DNA from: Synechococcaceae cyanobacterium
GTDB lineage: Bacteria; Cyanobacteriota; Cyanobacteriia; PCC-6307; Cyanobiaceae
Length of the DNA stretch: 62,671 bases
Direction of reading: 5' to 3'
NCBI GenBank assembly: GCA_947442825.1
Contig: CANEWU010000001.1
Location: 1-62,671 of the forward strand
The notes under the pieces are model-generated. The model ran no database searches. It was not told where the DNA came from and saw nothing but the letters and a program-made list of their open reading frames with translations. Shown piece after piece: positions 10,004 to 20,314 of this stretch (positions within the stretch are counted from its first letter, which is position 1; the number at the start of each line of letters is the position of its first letter). The translations under genes and the position numbers were made by a program.

Positions 10004-11094
10004 GATTCGGACACTGGCTGGGACTGATCGGCGTCGTCACCGCCCTGCTGCTCCTCTGGAGCCTGCGGGACGCGATGGTGCTTCTCTTTGCGGCAGTGGT
10101 GCTGGCGATGGCCTTGTGCACCCTCGTTGGGGTGGTGCAAGAACGCCTGGGCTGCCGTCGCGTCCTGGCGCTGGTCCTCAGCCTGCTGGGGGTGCTGCTG
10201 GTGGTCACCATCGTGGCCACCGCGATCATTCCGCCCTTTGTTGAGCAGTTCGCGGAGCTGCTGCAGAAGTTGCCGAAGGCGGCTTCCCTGCTGCTCGATC
10301 TCCTGCACCGGGGTCTTGAGAGCGCCTCGAAGATGCTTTACGGCAGCCGCGATGGCGGCCTGGCCTGGCTGAAGGAGGAGTTCGGCCAGGGCCCAGAGGG
10401 CTCCAACCCCCTCACCAGCGGTCCGCTGGCCACCGGCCTGGGCGGTGGCGTCTTGCGCCTGCTGGGCTGGACAGGCAAGCTCGGCACAGGTCTCCTGCAG
10501 ACCCTCTTCGTGGTGGCGGTGGCCCTGATGATCAGCGCCCAGCCCACGGCCTACCGCGAGGTGATGCTGCTGTTGGTGCCCTCCTTCTATCGCCGTCGCC
10601 TGCGCGAGGTGCTCACCCAGTGCGGTGATGCCCTCAGTGGCTGGATGGGCGGCGTGCTGATCAGCTCCCTTTGCGTCGCCGCCCTGGCGGCCATCGGGCT
10701 TTCCCTGCTGGGGGTGAAGTTGGTGGCGGCCAATGCCGTCTTGGCCGGGCTCCTCAATGTGATTCCCAACATCGGCCCCACCCTCAGCACGGTCTTCCCG
10801 ATGTCGGTGGCCCTGCTGGATGCCCCCTGGAAGTCGTTGGCGGTGCTCGTGCTGTACGTGGTGGTGCAGAACCTGGAGAGCTACGTGATCACCCCTTCGG
10901 TGATGCACCACCAGCTGCAGCTGCTCCCGGGCCTCACCCTTTCGGCCCAGCTTGTGTTCACCGTTCTGTTCGGGCCACTGGGTCTGCTTCTGGCCCTGCC
11001 GATGGCGGTCTGCCTGCAGGTGATCGTGCGGGAGATCCTGATTCACGACATCCTCGACCCCTGGAAGCAACAACGCCTGGGAGCGTCGCCATGA
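10000..11094 (+). CDS. AI-2E family (UPF0118) transporter
   Basis: Multi-TM, IPNIGP and [10 protein letters not shown] motifs. Confidence 0.88.
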   Translation: MRFGHWLGLIGVVTALLLLWSLRDAMVLLFAAVVLAMALCTLVGVVQERLGCRRVLALVLSLLGVLLVVTIVATAIIPPFVEQFAELLQKLPKAASLLLDLLHRGLESASKMLYGSRDGGLAWLKEEFGQGPEGSNPLTSGPLATGLGGGVLRLLGWTGKLGTGLLQTLFVVAVALMISAQPTAYREVMLLLVPSFYRRRLREVLTQCGDALSGWMGGVLISSLCVAALAAIGLSLLGVKLVAANAVLAGLLNVIPNIGPTLSTVFPMSVALLDAPWKSLAVLVLYVVVQNLESYVITPSVMHHQLQLLPGLTLSAQLVFTVLFGPLGLLLALPMAVCLQVIVREILIHDILDPWKQQRLGASP

Positions 11095-12113
11095 ACGCCC
11101 GCACCTTGCTCGGCGGCCTGGCCCTGGTGGTCCTCGGCCTTATGGCCTGGGAGTTGCGCTGGGTGCTGCTGGTGCTCTTCGGCGCCGTGGTGTTGGCGGT
11201 GGCCCTGGATGTGCTCCTTTGTCAGCTCCGGCGGCGTGTGCCCTTAAGCAGGCCCCTGGCCCTGGCCATCGTGACCGTGCTCCTGACGCTGGTGGGCGGA
11301 GTGCTCGTGAGTCTGCTGTTGCCGGAAGTGCTCGAGCAGAGCCAACAGCTCTCCGAACTGATTCCGGTGCTGCCCCGCAAGCTCAATGAATTGGTGCAGC
11401 AGCTGCCCCTGCTCGGTCGAGCCGAGAGCCTGGTGCAGAACATCAGCCTCGATCGCCTGCAGAACCTGGCCGGTGGGGCCCTCGGCATCGCAGGTGGGGC
11501 CGCCAACAGCACGCTCCAGCTCCTGTTGATGGCCCTGCTGGCGATTCTCCTCGTGCTCGATCCCCGCAGTCATCAACGCCTGTTGATCGCCGCCACACCC
11601 CGCTTCTACCGGGACCGCGTCCGCACGATCCTGCAGGAATGCCGCGAGGCCCTGGGGGGCTGGCTGGCCGGCATGACCCTCTCGGCCCTGCTCGTGTTCC
11701 TCACCACCTGGGCCGGACTGGTGATGCTGCATGTGCCCCTGGCCCTGTTGAGTGCCGTGGTCTGCGGTCTGCTCACCTTCGTACCCACCATTGGCCCCAC
11801 TGCCGCCACCCTGCTGCCGATGGCGGTGGCCCTGCTCCTGGTCTCCCCGGCCAAGATGGTGCAGGTGTTGTTCCTGCGGTTGATCCTCCAGAACGCCGAA
11901 GCGTTTTTACTCACCCCCTGGCTGCTCAGCCGCACCGTGAACCTGCTGCCCACGGTGGCACTGATTGCGCAGTTGTGCCTGGGCGTTCTGCTGGGCCTGC
12001 CCGGTTTGCTATTGGCCCTGCCCCTGGTGGTGGTGCTCCAGGTGATCAGCCAGGAGGTGGTGGTGCACGACGTGATGGATCGCTGGGACGACGACGGCTT
12101 CCATCAGGTGTGA
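11091..12113 (+). CDS. AI-2E family (UPF0118) transporter, second copy
   Basis: FVPTIGP, QNAEAFLLTP; ATGA overlap with the previous gene. Confidence 0.88.
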   Translation: MNARTLLGGLALVVLGLMAWELRWVLLVLFGAVVLAVALDVLLCQLRRRVPLSRPLALAIVTVLLTLVGGVLVSLLLPEVLEQSQQLSELIPVLPRKLNELVQQLPLLGRAESLVQNISLDRLQNLAGGALGIAGGAANSTLQLLLMALLAILLVLDPRSHQRLLIAATPRFYRDRVRTILQECREALGGWLAGMTLSALLVFLTTWAGLVMLHVPLALLSAVVCGLLTFVPTIGPTAATLLPMAVALLLVSPAKMVQVLFLRLILQNAEAFLLTPWLLSRTVNLLPTVALIAQLCLGVLLGLPGLLLALPLVVVLQVISQEVVVHDVMDRWDDDGFHQV

Positions 12114-12122
12114 GCCGGATTG

Positions 12123-12386
12123 TTAACGCAGCGGGCGCCGATAGTGGCGCCAGAGTGAGGGCTGACAGACCAGCACGACCACGGCCAGCCAGTGGTTACG
12201 AATCCCGCTGAGGAGTGTGGTGAGTGTGAAGCGATCCGCCAGGAGCTGGAACTCCACCCGTAAATCCGACAGGGCGAGCACAAGAAGCAGCAGCGGCACC
12301 AGGGGCAGTCGTGGGCGGCGGGTGCTTTCAGGGAGGCCTGGGGCCCTGGAGGGACCAGATTGGAGATCGTAGGGAGGATGGCTCAT
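12123..12386 (-). CDS. Small membrane hypothetical protein
   Basis: Hydrophobic segments; ATGA overlap with secF stop. Confidence 0.6.
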   Translation of the reverse strand: MSHPPYDLQSGPSRAPGLPESTRRPRLPLVPLLLLVLALSDLRVEFQLLADRFTLTTLLSGIRNHWLAVVVLVCQPSLWRHYRRPLR

Positions 12387-13459
12387 CGACGTGCCAACAC
12401 CGGCAAGAGGGTGGGGGCCAAACCGATGCTCGACCAGCTACCCACCGCAATGCCCAGACTCAAGGCAACGGCGAACCAGAAGAGGGTGCTGCCGCCGAAG
12501 AAAATCAGCGCCACCAGGGGGAGAAGGGTGGTGAAGGAGGTGTAGAGGGAGCGGGTGAGGGTGGCATCGACAGCCACATCCACCTGGTCGCTGAGGGAGA
12601 GGCTGGCCAGCCGCTTCTTCTGCTCGCGGATCCGGTCATAGATCACCACTGTGTCGGTGACCGAATAACCCGCCACGGTGATCAGGGCGACAGCGAAGAG
12701 CGAATCCACCTCCACACCCGCCAGCAAACCGAGCCAGGCAAACACCCCACAGGTGATCAGCACATCGTGGACCAGGCAGAGCAGGGCCAGGAAGGCAAAA
12801 ACACCGCTGTACATGAAGGTGATGTAGGCAGCGATGGCCGCGAAGCTCACCAACAGGGAGATGATGCTGCTGCTCAACAGCCGCGATCCGAGGGTCGGGC
12901 CGATCGTGTTGACCGAGGTGCCGGCCGCATCGAAGGGACCAACCGATGGCTCCAGGCCTTTAACCAGCGCCTCCCCCTGATCAGCGCTCAGGGCGGGGAG
13001 GCGAAGCACCAGGCTGCGATTGCCATCGAGGAGCTGGATGCCGGCCCCGCCCAGGGAGGGGGGCTTCTCACCGGCGTCGCTCGGGAGCTGGAGGGCGTTG
13101 AGCCCGTCGCGCACGGCCTCGGCCGTCAGGCTGCTGCAAGACCCTGCGCAGCGGCGCTCCAACTGGATCTGGGTGCCGCCCGTGAAGTCGAGGCCAGGGC
13201 GAAGCGGGGCGCGGATGGCGGGGTTGGTCCAGCAGAGCACCAGGCCCAGGATGCTGAGGCTGCAGGCCAGGACCGATCCAATCCAGGCCTGCTTGCGCCA
13301 ACGGCTCACACGAAAGCGGGGCGCGGGGGGTGCCCCGGCGGGGTCGCCGCTGGTGGACGCGATGGGGCTGGGGACGGAATTCGCGGCGGTCACAGGGGCA
13401 GGATCGGGCGACGGAACGGCAAGAGCGAACGGGGCAGAGGGACATTCGCCGGGACTCAA
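12383..13459 (-). CDS. secF: Protein translocase subunit SecF (start uncertain)
   Basis: GLDFTGGT, IGPTLG, GYSVTDTVVIYDRIRE. Confidence 0.95.
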   Translation of the reverse strand: MSPGECPSAPFALAVPSPDPAPVTAANSVPSPIASTSGDPAGAPPAPRFRVSRWRKQAWIGSVLACSLSILGLVLCWTNPAIRAPLRPGLDFTGGTQIQLERRCAGSCSSLTAEAVRDGLNALQLPSDAGEKPPSLGGAGIQLLDGNRSLVLRLPALSADQGEALVKGLEPSVGPFDAAGTSVNTIGPTLGSRLLSSSIISLLVSFAAIAAYITFMYSGVFAFLALLCLVHDVLITCGVFAWLGLLAGVEVDSLFAVALITVAGYSVTDTVVIYDRIREQKKRLASLSLSDQVDVAVDATLTRSLYTSFTTLLPLVALIFFGGSTLFWFAVALSLGIAVGSWSSIGLAPTLLPVLARR

Positions 13460-13466
13460 GTGACCC

Positions 13467-14996
13467 TCAGACGGCGGGGGCCCCCGGCAGAAGCCGGGCC
13501 GGCAGGAAGTAGGTGGAGCGGCGGAGGGCGGGATAGCTCATCAGCAGCTTGAGCAGGGTGCGGGTGCAGGTGAGGGCGGTGAACAGACTCAGGAGCAGGC
13601 CAATCGCCAGCGTTACCGCGAATCCACGAACCAGGCCGGTACCCAGGAAGAACAGCGCCGCGCAGCTGATCAGGCCGGTGACGTGGCCATCGAAAATCGA
13701 GGAGAAGGCGAGGGAGAAACCGCTGTCGATGGAGCGAATCAAGGTGTTGCCCGAGCGCAGCTCCTCTTTTACCCGCTCAAAAATCAGCACATTGGCGTCC
13801 ACCGCCATGCCCACAGAAAGGATGAAACCGGCGATGCCCGGCAGGGTGAGGGTCACCGGAATCAAGGCATAGAGGGCCAGGTTGAACAGGGCATAGAGGG
13901 CCAGGGCCACCACCGCCACCACCCCGGCCAGCCGGTAGACAACCACCATGAACACCCCCACCAGGGCCAGGCCAGCGAGGCCGGCCACCAGGCTGGTGCG
14001 CACGTTTTCAGCGCCGAGGGAGGGCCCGATGGTGCGCACCTCCACGATCTTCACCGGCAGAGGAAGGGAACCACCCCGAAGTTGTACCTCCAGCTCGCGG
14101 GCCGTTTCGGCGCTGAAGCTGCCGCTGATCGAAGCGCTGCCCCCGGTGATACCAGCGGTGGCGAAACTGGGGCCGACGGTGGCCTCGCTGATGGAGCGGC
14201 CGTCGAGCACGATGCCCAACACCCGGCCGGTGCCGGCGATCGACTGGGTGAGGCGGGCGAACTTCTCGCCGCCCTCGCGGGTGAAGTTCAGGGTGACTTC
14301 CCACTCATTGCCGTTCTGCTGCTGTTGGCGACCGGCGGTCTGCAGGTCTTTGCCGGTGAAGAGGGTGGGGCCGTACAGGGCGATCACCCGGCGATTCACC
14401 TCCTGGGCCAGGGCCTCGAGCTGTGCGATCTCACCGCTGCCAGGGGGAACGGTGACCCCAAGGCCGCGCAGGGCCTCGGCGCGCTGCTCGTCGCTGAGAG
14501 TGGGCGCAGGGGGCTTGCCGGGGGTCTGGGGATCCGAAGGGCGCTGGTCGGCGGGGCGGCGGGCAGCGAGCACCGTTTCGATCTGGCGCTTGAGCGGCAG
14601 CAGGCCCTGCATCTCCTTCTCCGTGCCGGGGCGCTGGGCGCGGAACTCCAGCAGGGCCGTGGTGCCCAGCACCTTGGCGGCCTGGGTGGGGTCCTGCTCC
14701 CCAGGGAGTTGGAGCACGAGCTGGTCGTCGCCGATGGTCTGCAGGGTGGACTCCGCAACCCCAAGGCCGTTGACGCGCCGCTCCAGCACCTCCCGCACCG
14801 CCTCCAGCTGCTCGGGTTGCACCCGCTGGATCTCGCCGGCCGGCAACACCTGCAGGGTGAGCTGGCTACCGCCGCGCAGGTCGAGACCCAGCTTCTGCCC
14901 CAGGGGATCGGTGGGGGTATTCCAAGTGGTCAGCAACGCACCGGCGGCGATCGCCAGAGAAAGGATGAGTGCCAGCCAGCCCTGCGGTCGCGTCAT
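13467..14996 (-). CDS. secD: Protein translocase subunit SecD
   Basis: LGLDLRGG, RRVNGLGVAE, GMAVDANVLIFERVKEE. Confidence 0.96.
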   Translation of the reverse strand: MTRPQGWLALILSLAIAAGALLTTWNTPTDPLGQKLGLDLRGGSQLTLQVLPAGEIQRVQPEQLEAVREVLERRVNGLGVAESTLQTIGDDQLVLQLPGEQDPTQAAKVLGTTALLEFRAQRPGTEKEMQGLLPLKRQIETVLAARRPADQRPSDPQTPGKPPAPTLSDEQRAEALRGLGVTVPPGSGEIAQLEALAQEVNRRVIALYGPTLFTGKDLQTAGRQQQQNGNEWEVTLNFTREGGEKFARLTQSIAGTGRVLGIVLDGRSISEATVGPSFATAGITGGSASISGSFSAETARELEVQLRGGSLPLPVKIVEVRTIGPSLGAENVRTSLVAGLAGLALVGVFMVVVYRLAGVVAVVALALYALFNLALYALIPVTLTLPGIAGFILSVGMAVDANVLIFERVKEELRSGNTLIRSIDSGFSLAFSSIFDGHVTGLISCAALFFLGTGLVRGFAVTLAIGLLLSLFTALTCTRTLLKLLMSYPALRRSTYFLPARLLPGAPAV

Positions 14997-15001
14997 GGGG
15001 G

Positions 15002-15985
15002 TCAGAGTGCGCCTTGCTTGAGCTGGTGGGCCGCCGCCACGATCTGGTGGGGCTGGATGATCGTCAGGTTTTCCAGGTTGCCGTTGTACGGCGTGGGGAT
15101 GTCCTGGGAGGAGAGCCGCACCGGCCGGGCGTCGAGTTCGTCGAAGCACTGCTCGGTGATCAGGGCGATGAGCTCGGCGCCAATGCCACCCGTTTTCATG
15201 CACTCCTCCACGATCAGCACCCTGCGGGTCTTGCGAATGGAGCGCGCGATCGTTTCCATGTCAAAGGGTTTGAGGCTGATCAGGTCGATCAGCTCCACAT
15301 CGACCCCTTCGGCCTCGAGCTGCTGCACCGCCTTGAGGCAGTGGTGGCGCATGCGCGAGTAGGTGAGGATCGTCACATCACGCCCTTCGCGCACCACATC
15401 GGCCTGGTCGAGGGCACAGATGTATTCGCCGGCGGGGAGTTCCTCGGAGAGGTTGTAGAGCAGCACATGCTCGAAGAAGACCACCGGATTGTTGTCGCGG
15501 ATCGCGGCCTTCATCAGGCCCTTGGCATTGGTGGGGGTGCTGCAGGCCACGATCTTGATGCCGGGAATGGCATGGAAGTAGGCCTCCAGCCGCTGGCTGT
15601 GTTCTGCCCCAAGCTGGCGGCCCACGCCACCCGGACCGCGCACCACAGTTGGGATTGTGTAGTTGCCGCCGCTGGTGTAGCGCAGCATGCCCATATTGTT
15701 GGAGATCTGGTTGAAGGCCAGCAGCAGAAAGCCCATGTTCATGCCTTCTACGATCGGCCGCAGCCCGGTCATGGCGGCGCCTACGGCCATGCCGGTGAAG
15801 CTGTTCTCGGCGATCGGCGTATCGAGCACGCGCAGCTCGCCATATTTTTCGTAGAGATCCTTGGTGACCTTGTAGGAGCCGCCGTACTGGCCCACGTCCT
15901 CGCCCATCACGCAGACGTGGGGATCGCGCGCCATCTCCTCGTCGATGGCATCGCGCAGGGCATTGAAGAGAAGGGTTTCGGCCAC
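15002..15985 (-). CDS. pdhB: Pyruvate dehydrogenase E1 beta subunit
   Basis: [27 protein letters not shown]. Confidence 0.96.
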   Translation of the reverse strand: MAETLLFNALRDAIDEEMARDPHVCVMGEDVGQYGGSYKVTKDLYEKYGELRVLDTPIAENSFTGMAVGAAMTGLRPIVEGMNMGFLLLAFNQISNNMGMLRYTSGGNYTIPTVVRGPGGVGRQLGAEHSQRLEAYFHAIPGIKIVACSTPTNAKGLMKAAIRDNNPVVFFEHVLLYNLSEELPAGEYICALDQADVVREGRDVTILTYSRMRHHCLKAVQQLEAEGVDVELIDLISLKPFDMETIARSIRKTRRVLIVEECMKTGGIGAELIALITEQCFDELDARPVRLSSQDIPTPYNGNLENLTIIQPHQIVAAAHQLKQGAL

Positions 15986-16060
15986 GGGGCGGGAGCCTGC
16001 CTGTGCGCGGCCAACCTATCTCAGCCGGGGGCCGGCGCCGCCGCTCTGGGCGATCCAGCC

Positions 16061-16156
16061 TCAGCCCCCCGCCGCCAGGGTGCTCAGCAGCAGCACCGAG
16101 AGCAGCATCCCCGGCAACAGCAGGACCACCAGGAGTCCCAGATCGTGGGGGGTCAT
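16061..16156 (-). CDS. 31-aa single-TM microprotein (not in ORF track)
   Basis: ATG...TGA, MTPHDLGLLVVLLLPGMLLSVLLLSTLAAGG; high GC at third codon positions; co-oriented inside the gene string. Confidence 0.7.
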   Translation of the reverse strand: MTPHDLGLLVVLLLPGMLLSVLLLSTLAAGG

Positions 16157-16183
16157 TCGGCGAGCCAGGGGTGCCCTCCCAGA

Positions 16184-16519
16184 CTAGGGAGGGGATCCGG
16201 ACGGCGCTGGCCAGAGGCTGCGCACAAAGGTGAGGAAGAGGCCCAGCCCGATGAACAGGAAGCTGAACGTGGCCAGGAAGCTCATGCCCACCACCAGTGT
16301 CTTGACCGCCGTGGCGATGCTCTGGGCCATCGGTGAGCTGTAGTGGGGCGGATGGGTGGCGTACCAGGCCAGCACCCGCTGGCTCAGGCCCAGGCACAGC
16401 CAACCCAGCAGAACGCTGGTGATGGCGCCGCTCAGAAAACTGAGGGGTCCCTTGCGCGGGGGCGGGGTCCCAGGGGTGCCGGGGCCGGCCTGGGGGGGGT
16501 CGGCGGGGCTGTCGCTCAT
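16184..16519 (-). CDS. DUF3082-like membrane protein
   Basis: [14 protein letters not shown]...[20 protein letters not shown]; ATGA overlap with ispE. Confidence 0.75.
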   Translation of the reverse strand: MSDSPADPPQAGPGTPGTPPPRKGPLSFLSGAITSVLLGWLCLGLSQRVLAWYATHPPHYSSPMAQSIATAVKTLVVGMSFLATFSFLFIGLGLFLTFVRSLWPAPSGSPP

Positions 16520-17463
16520 CGCACCGTCTCGGGGCTCTCCAGGCTGGCACCGGAGTCGCGGCATCGGCAGCACCAGCTCTGGAACCCGGCGGCCGAAAGG
16601 TCAGCGGCCAAGGCCTGCTCCGCCCTCCGGGCCCCCTCCAGATCGGCAAAGAGGGCAAACAGGCTGGGGCCGGAGCCGCTCATCGCCAGGGCGAGAGCCC
16701 CTGGGGCGCGGCGCAAGAGGACCAACCCTTCGGCCACCGAGGCCACCTCCGGTTCCACCACGCCCTGCAGGTCGTTGCGCAGCGGCGGCAGGGGGCCCTC
16801 ACCCCCCAGGGCCGCCAGAAGGGGCCCCTGGCGCAGGGCCTGGCGCCGCTCCTCGAATTCACTCTCCCGCTCGAGGTAATAGTCGCCGCGCAGTTCGCGG
16901 CAGCGGCCGTAGGCCCAGGGCGTGGAGACGCTCACGCCGGGGTGCTTCAGCAGCAGCACCCCCAGGGCGGGCGGCGCAACCGCTGCGGCCTCCAGTCGCT
17001 CCCCCCGCCCGAAGCACAGCTGGGTCCCCCCCACCAGGCAGTACGGCACATCCGACCCCAGTTCGGCTGCCAGCTCCTGCAGCGTCGCCGCATCGAAGCC
17101 CAACCCCCAGAGCTCATTGAGCCCCACAAGGGTGGCAGCGGCATCGCTGGAGCCGCCCGCCAGGCCCGCTCCGATTGGGATGCGCTTCTCCAGGGTGATG
17201 GCGGCCCCGAGCTCGGGCAGGCCGGCCCGCCCCCGCATCCGCGCGGCCGCCCGCACGATGAGGTTGTCGTCGCCCAGGGGCAGCTCAGGCAGATCGCATT
17301 GCAGGGACAGTCGGGCATCGGCGGTGCTGCGCAGGCGCAGCCGGTCGCCGAGATCGAGGCTCTGCATCACCATCGCCAGCTCGTGGAAGCCGTCGGGGCG
17401 GAGCCCCAGCACCTCGAGATGCAGGTTGATCTTGGCGGGGGCGAAGACGCAGACCTCGGCCAT
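16516..17463 (-). CDS. ispE: 4-diphosphocytidyl-2-C-methyl-D-erythritol kinase
   Basis: [29 protein letters not shown]. Confidence 0.96.
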   Translation of the reverse strand: MAEVCVFAPAKINLHLEVLGLRPDGFHELAMVMQSLDLGDRLRLRSTADARLSLQCDLPELPLGDDNLIVRAAARMRGRAGLPELGAAITLEKRIPIGAGLAGGSSDAAATLVGLNELWGLGFDAATLQELAAELGSDVPYCLVGGTQLCFGRGERLEAAAVAPPALGVLLLKHPGVSVSTPWAYGRCRELRGDYYLERESEFEERRQALRQGPLLAALGGEGPLPPLRNDLQGVVEPEVASVAEGLVLLRRAPGALALAMSGSGPSLFALFADLEGARRAEQALAADLSAAGFQSWCCRCRDSGASLESPETVR

Positions 17464-17486
17464 GGCGGGGAAGGGCAGGGAATGAA

Positions 17487-17546
17487 AAGGAAGGGAAAGG
17501 AGAGCGGGAACGGGTACGGATTCCGGTTCGGGTTCGGAAACCGAGA
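17487..17546. repeat. Degenerate 6-bp-periodic, purine-skewed tract
   Basis: cgggaa cgggta cggatt ccggtt cgggtt cggaaa ccgaga at 17505-17546, preceded by a purine run. Confidence 0.55.
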
Positions 17547-17568
17547 AGACGGTTCCGGGTGCCGGGGA

Positions 17569-18387
17569 TCAGAGGGGTGAGGCCTGCGCCAGAGCGATCC
17601 AACGCTCGGGGGAGAGATCCTGGGGCCGCTGGGCCAGATCCACGCCGGCCCGCGTGGCCCAGGCCAGGAGCTCTTCAGGGGGGGCCAGGGCGCCCAGGGT
17701 GTTGCGCAGCATCTTGCGCCGAGCCGCAAAGGCCTGCCGGAGCAACGACTCCACGGTCCGGGCCAGATCCGGGGACAGGCGCTGCTCCGGCGGCAGGGGG
17801 TCGAGCACGATCACTTCCGAATCCACGCGGGGCGGCGGCGCGAAACAACGGGGCGGCACCCGACAGACGGAGCGACAGCGGGCCATCAGCTGCATCCTCA
17901 CGCTCAGGGCCGAGAAGGCGCTCTCGCCGGCCCGGGCCCGGATCCGTTCCCCCACCTCACGCTGCACGAGAAGTACGAGGCGGCGGTAGGGGGGCTCGAC
18001 CGGCCGGTCGAGCCGACCGATCAGCCGCTCCAACAGGGGGCCGGTGATGTTGTACGGGATGTTGGCCACCACCGCATCGGCGCGGGGCTCGCCCTCGGGC
18101 TCGAGGGCCACCTCCAGGCCATCGCCCTCGATCAACCGGAAGCGAGGATCGGAGCCGAAGCGTTTCTGAAGTCCGCTCAGCAGGTCGCGGTCGAGTTCCA
18201 CCGCTACCAGCGTTCCCACCGGGGCGGCCAAAAGGCGCTCCGTGAGGGCGCCCCGCCCTGGACCGATCTCCAGTACCCGCTCGCCGGATCGGAGCTCGGC
18301 CGCCACCACGATGTGATCGAGCACGCCGGGATCAACCAGCCAGTGCTGCCCGAACCGCTTGCGGGGTCGATGGCCGGCGAAGGACAT
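17569..18387 (-). CDS. rsmA: 16S rRNA m6,2A dimethyltransferase
   Basis: RKRFGQHWL, LEIGPGRGALT, ANIPYNIT, PPPRVDS. Confidence 0.96.
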   Translation of the reverse strand: MSFAGHRPRKRFGQHWLVDPGVLDHIVVAAELRSGERVLEIGPGRGALTERLLAAPVGTLVAVELDRDLLSGLQKRFGSDPRFRLIEGDGLEVALEPEGEPRADAVVANIPYNITGPLLERLIGRLDRPVEPPYRRLVLLVQREVGERIRARAGESAFSALSVRMQLMARCRSVCRVPPRCFAPPPRVDSEVIVLDPLPPEQRLSPDLARTVESLLRQAFAARRKMLRNTLGALAPPEELLAWATRAGVDLAQRPQDLSPERWIALAQASPL

Positions 18388-18463
18388 GGGCAGGGGGTGC
18401 GGTCCGCGGACGGAACGGGCGGGGACTGGCTACAGCTTGGAGGAGCACCCTCCCCTCCTGTCC

Positions 18464-18736
18464 ATGGCGCCCCCTCGTCCCTTCCCACGCCGCCTCCGGG
18501 CGCTGACAACCCTGCTGCTCCTGAGCGCCGCACCGGCCCTGGCCGGCAGAGTCACCGCCGATTCGATCCTCGATCAGGAGGGGGCGCGGCAGGCGGCGAT
18601 GGAGCAGATGCCGCGCGGAGCCACCGTGACCGGCAGCCGCTGCCAGGAGATCGGCGTCGGTGGCATCGACAACCCCCGCTATCGCTGCACGGTGGAGTAC
18701 CGGCCCGCCGGCGAGGCCACCCAGCCGGCCCGCTGA
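18464..18736 (+). CDS. Small secreted hypothetical protein
   Basis: Signal peptide ending APALA; two Cys in the mature part. Confidence 0.6.
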   Translation: MAPPRPFPRRLRALTTLLLLSAAPALAGRVTADSILDQEGARQAAMEQMPRGATVTGSRCQEIGVGGIDNPRYRCTVEYRPAGEATQPAR

Positions 18737-18755
18737 CCCCCGTCGAGCGGCCCGC

Positions 18756-19172
18756 TCAGACCTCCAGCCGGATCCAGCGAACCCGTCCCTCGCCCGCACC
18801 CTCGCCCGGCCGCCCAACGATCGCGCCAAGCGGCTCCGGCAGGGGCACCAGGGCCGCCACCAGTTCCACCGGCAGGTGGGCCTGCTCGGGATGGACCGCC
18901 AGCCAGCAGCTCCAGGCCCGCGCCAGCCGCCGACGCTTGGGCCAGCCCAGCGCCCCCCGACCCGCCCCGTCGCGGCTGCCGGGGCCACGGCCCTTCACCT
19001 CCACCACCAGCAAACGGCCGGGCTTGGCCATGACCAGGTCCAACTCGCCCCAGCGGCAGCGCCAGTTGCGGCTCAGCAGCCACCATCCCTGCCCCCGCAG
19101 CAGAGCAAGGGCGCGCTGCTCGGCCCAAGGCCCCCGCGCCAGAGCCGTGCGGTTCGTTCCTGAGGCTGCCAT
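18756..19172 (-). CDS. YraN (UPF0102) family protein
   Basis: RNWRCRWGELDLV, VEVKGR. Confidence 0.85.
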   Translation of the reverse strand: MAASGTNRTALARGPWAEQRALALLRGQGWWLLSRNWRCRWGELDLVMAKPGRLLVVEVKGRGPGSRDGAGRGALGWPKRRRLARAWSCWLAVHPEQAHLPVELVAALVPLPEPLGAIVGRPGEGAGEGRVRWIRLEV

Positions 19173-19246
19173 GGGAGGCTTCGCGCCAACAAGACCAGGA
19201 TTCCCGCGGGCGGTCCCCGGCCGTGCCCGGGAGCGGGGCTGGTCCT

Positions 19247-20314
19247 TCAGGGGGGGAGTGCGCCGCGATCGAGCCAGAGCTCGGCAAGCATGGCTACCAG
19301 GGCCGACTCCTCGGCATGCAACTCGCTCTGGAAGCGGGGGTCGCACTCCTGACGCACCGGCAGATCCGCTGGCTCCCAGAGCCGCTGCCGGCCGGGGAAG
19401 TATTCGCCGCAGACCCAACGCTCGGAGGCGGCGTAGTGCTCCACGAAGCCATCGCGCTCCCGGGCGGTGGGGAGGTAGGTCGGGAAGCCAGCAAACGAGC
19501 GTTCCACGAAGTGAACCAGCTCCTTCCAGCGCCAGGCGGGCGGGCGGAGGGGAAGCGCCTGGGCTGGGACCGCGGGCCCGGCCTGCTCAAAGCGCTGTTG
19601 CAGATGCCAGAGCAGCTTGATCGCTTGATAGCTCAACGATGGATTGCTGTGCCCGGGCTGTTGCAAGGCCGGCAGATCCACGATGCCGGCGCAGGCGCAG
19701 AAATCCTCGAGCAAGGAGCCCCCGCGCAGCTCCGACGGATGGAACAGGCGCACCATCAGCGGCTGACGGCCGAAGACCTGCTGCCAACGACGCAGCATGG
19801 GGGCGTGGTCGCAGAGGAAGGCAAAACTCTGCGGCGACGGGAGGGTGGGCGTCACCCGACCGCTGCGGGTGCGGGTGCTCCAGCAGGAGATGGCCGTCGG
19901 CAGGGGCTGGCGAAGATAGACAACGACCCGAATCTCCTCGAACAGCGGCTCGAGCAGACGGCGCAGGCGAAGAAGATCCACGGCGGTGAGACGGGATTGC
20001 AACTGCTCGGAGCTGATGATCCAGGTGGACTCGGCCGTGGCGGCGGCGGCCTGACGGAGTTCCATCCGCTTGGAGGCACGACCGTCGCGGAGCCGCTGGG
20101 GCGAGGTGTGCAGCCCCTGCCGGGTCGTGAATCCATCCTCCGTGCCCTCCTCCTGGGCCAGCAAGGGGAGCCAACGATGGTTCGGGCCGACCCCGAGAAA
20201 AGACGGCACAAAGAATCCCTGGCTCGCCAGGGCCTGGCGGTTTTCGCAGAGGAAGTGCTGAATCGACGTGGTGCCGGTCTTGGCGGTGCCGATGTGCAAG
20301 ATCAGGGAGGGCAT
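19247..20314 (-). CDS. Sulfotransferase-like P-loop protein
   Basis: LILHIGTAKTGTTSIQ, IISSE, VVVYLRQP, NPSL motifs. Confidence 0.7.
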   Translation of the reverse strand: MPSLILHIGTAKTGTTSIQHFLCENRQALASQGFFVPSFLGVGPNHRWLPLLAQEEGTEDGFTTRQGLHTSPQRLRDGRASKRMELRQAAAATAESTWIISSEQLQSRLTAVDLLRLRRLLEPLFEEIRVVVYLRQPLPTAISCWSTRTRSGRVTPTLPSPQSFAFLCDHAPMLRRWQQVFGRQPLMVRLFHPSELRGGSLLEDFCACAGIVDLPALQQPGHSNPSLSYQAIKLLWHLQQRFEQAGPAVPAQALPLRPPAWRWKELVHFVERSFAGFPTYLPTARERDGFVEHYAASERWVCGEYFPGRQRLWEPADLPVRQECDPRFQSELHAEESALVAMLAELWLDRGALPP

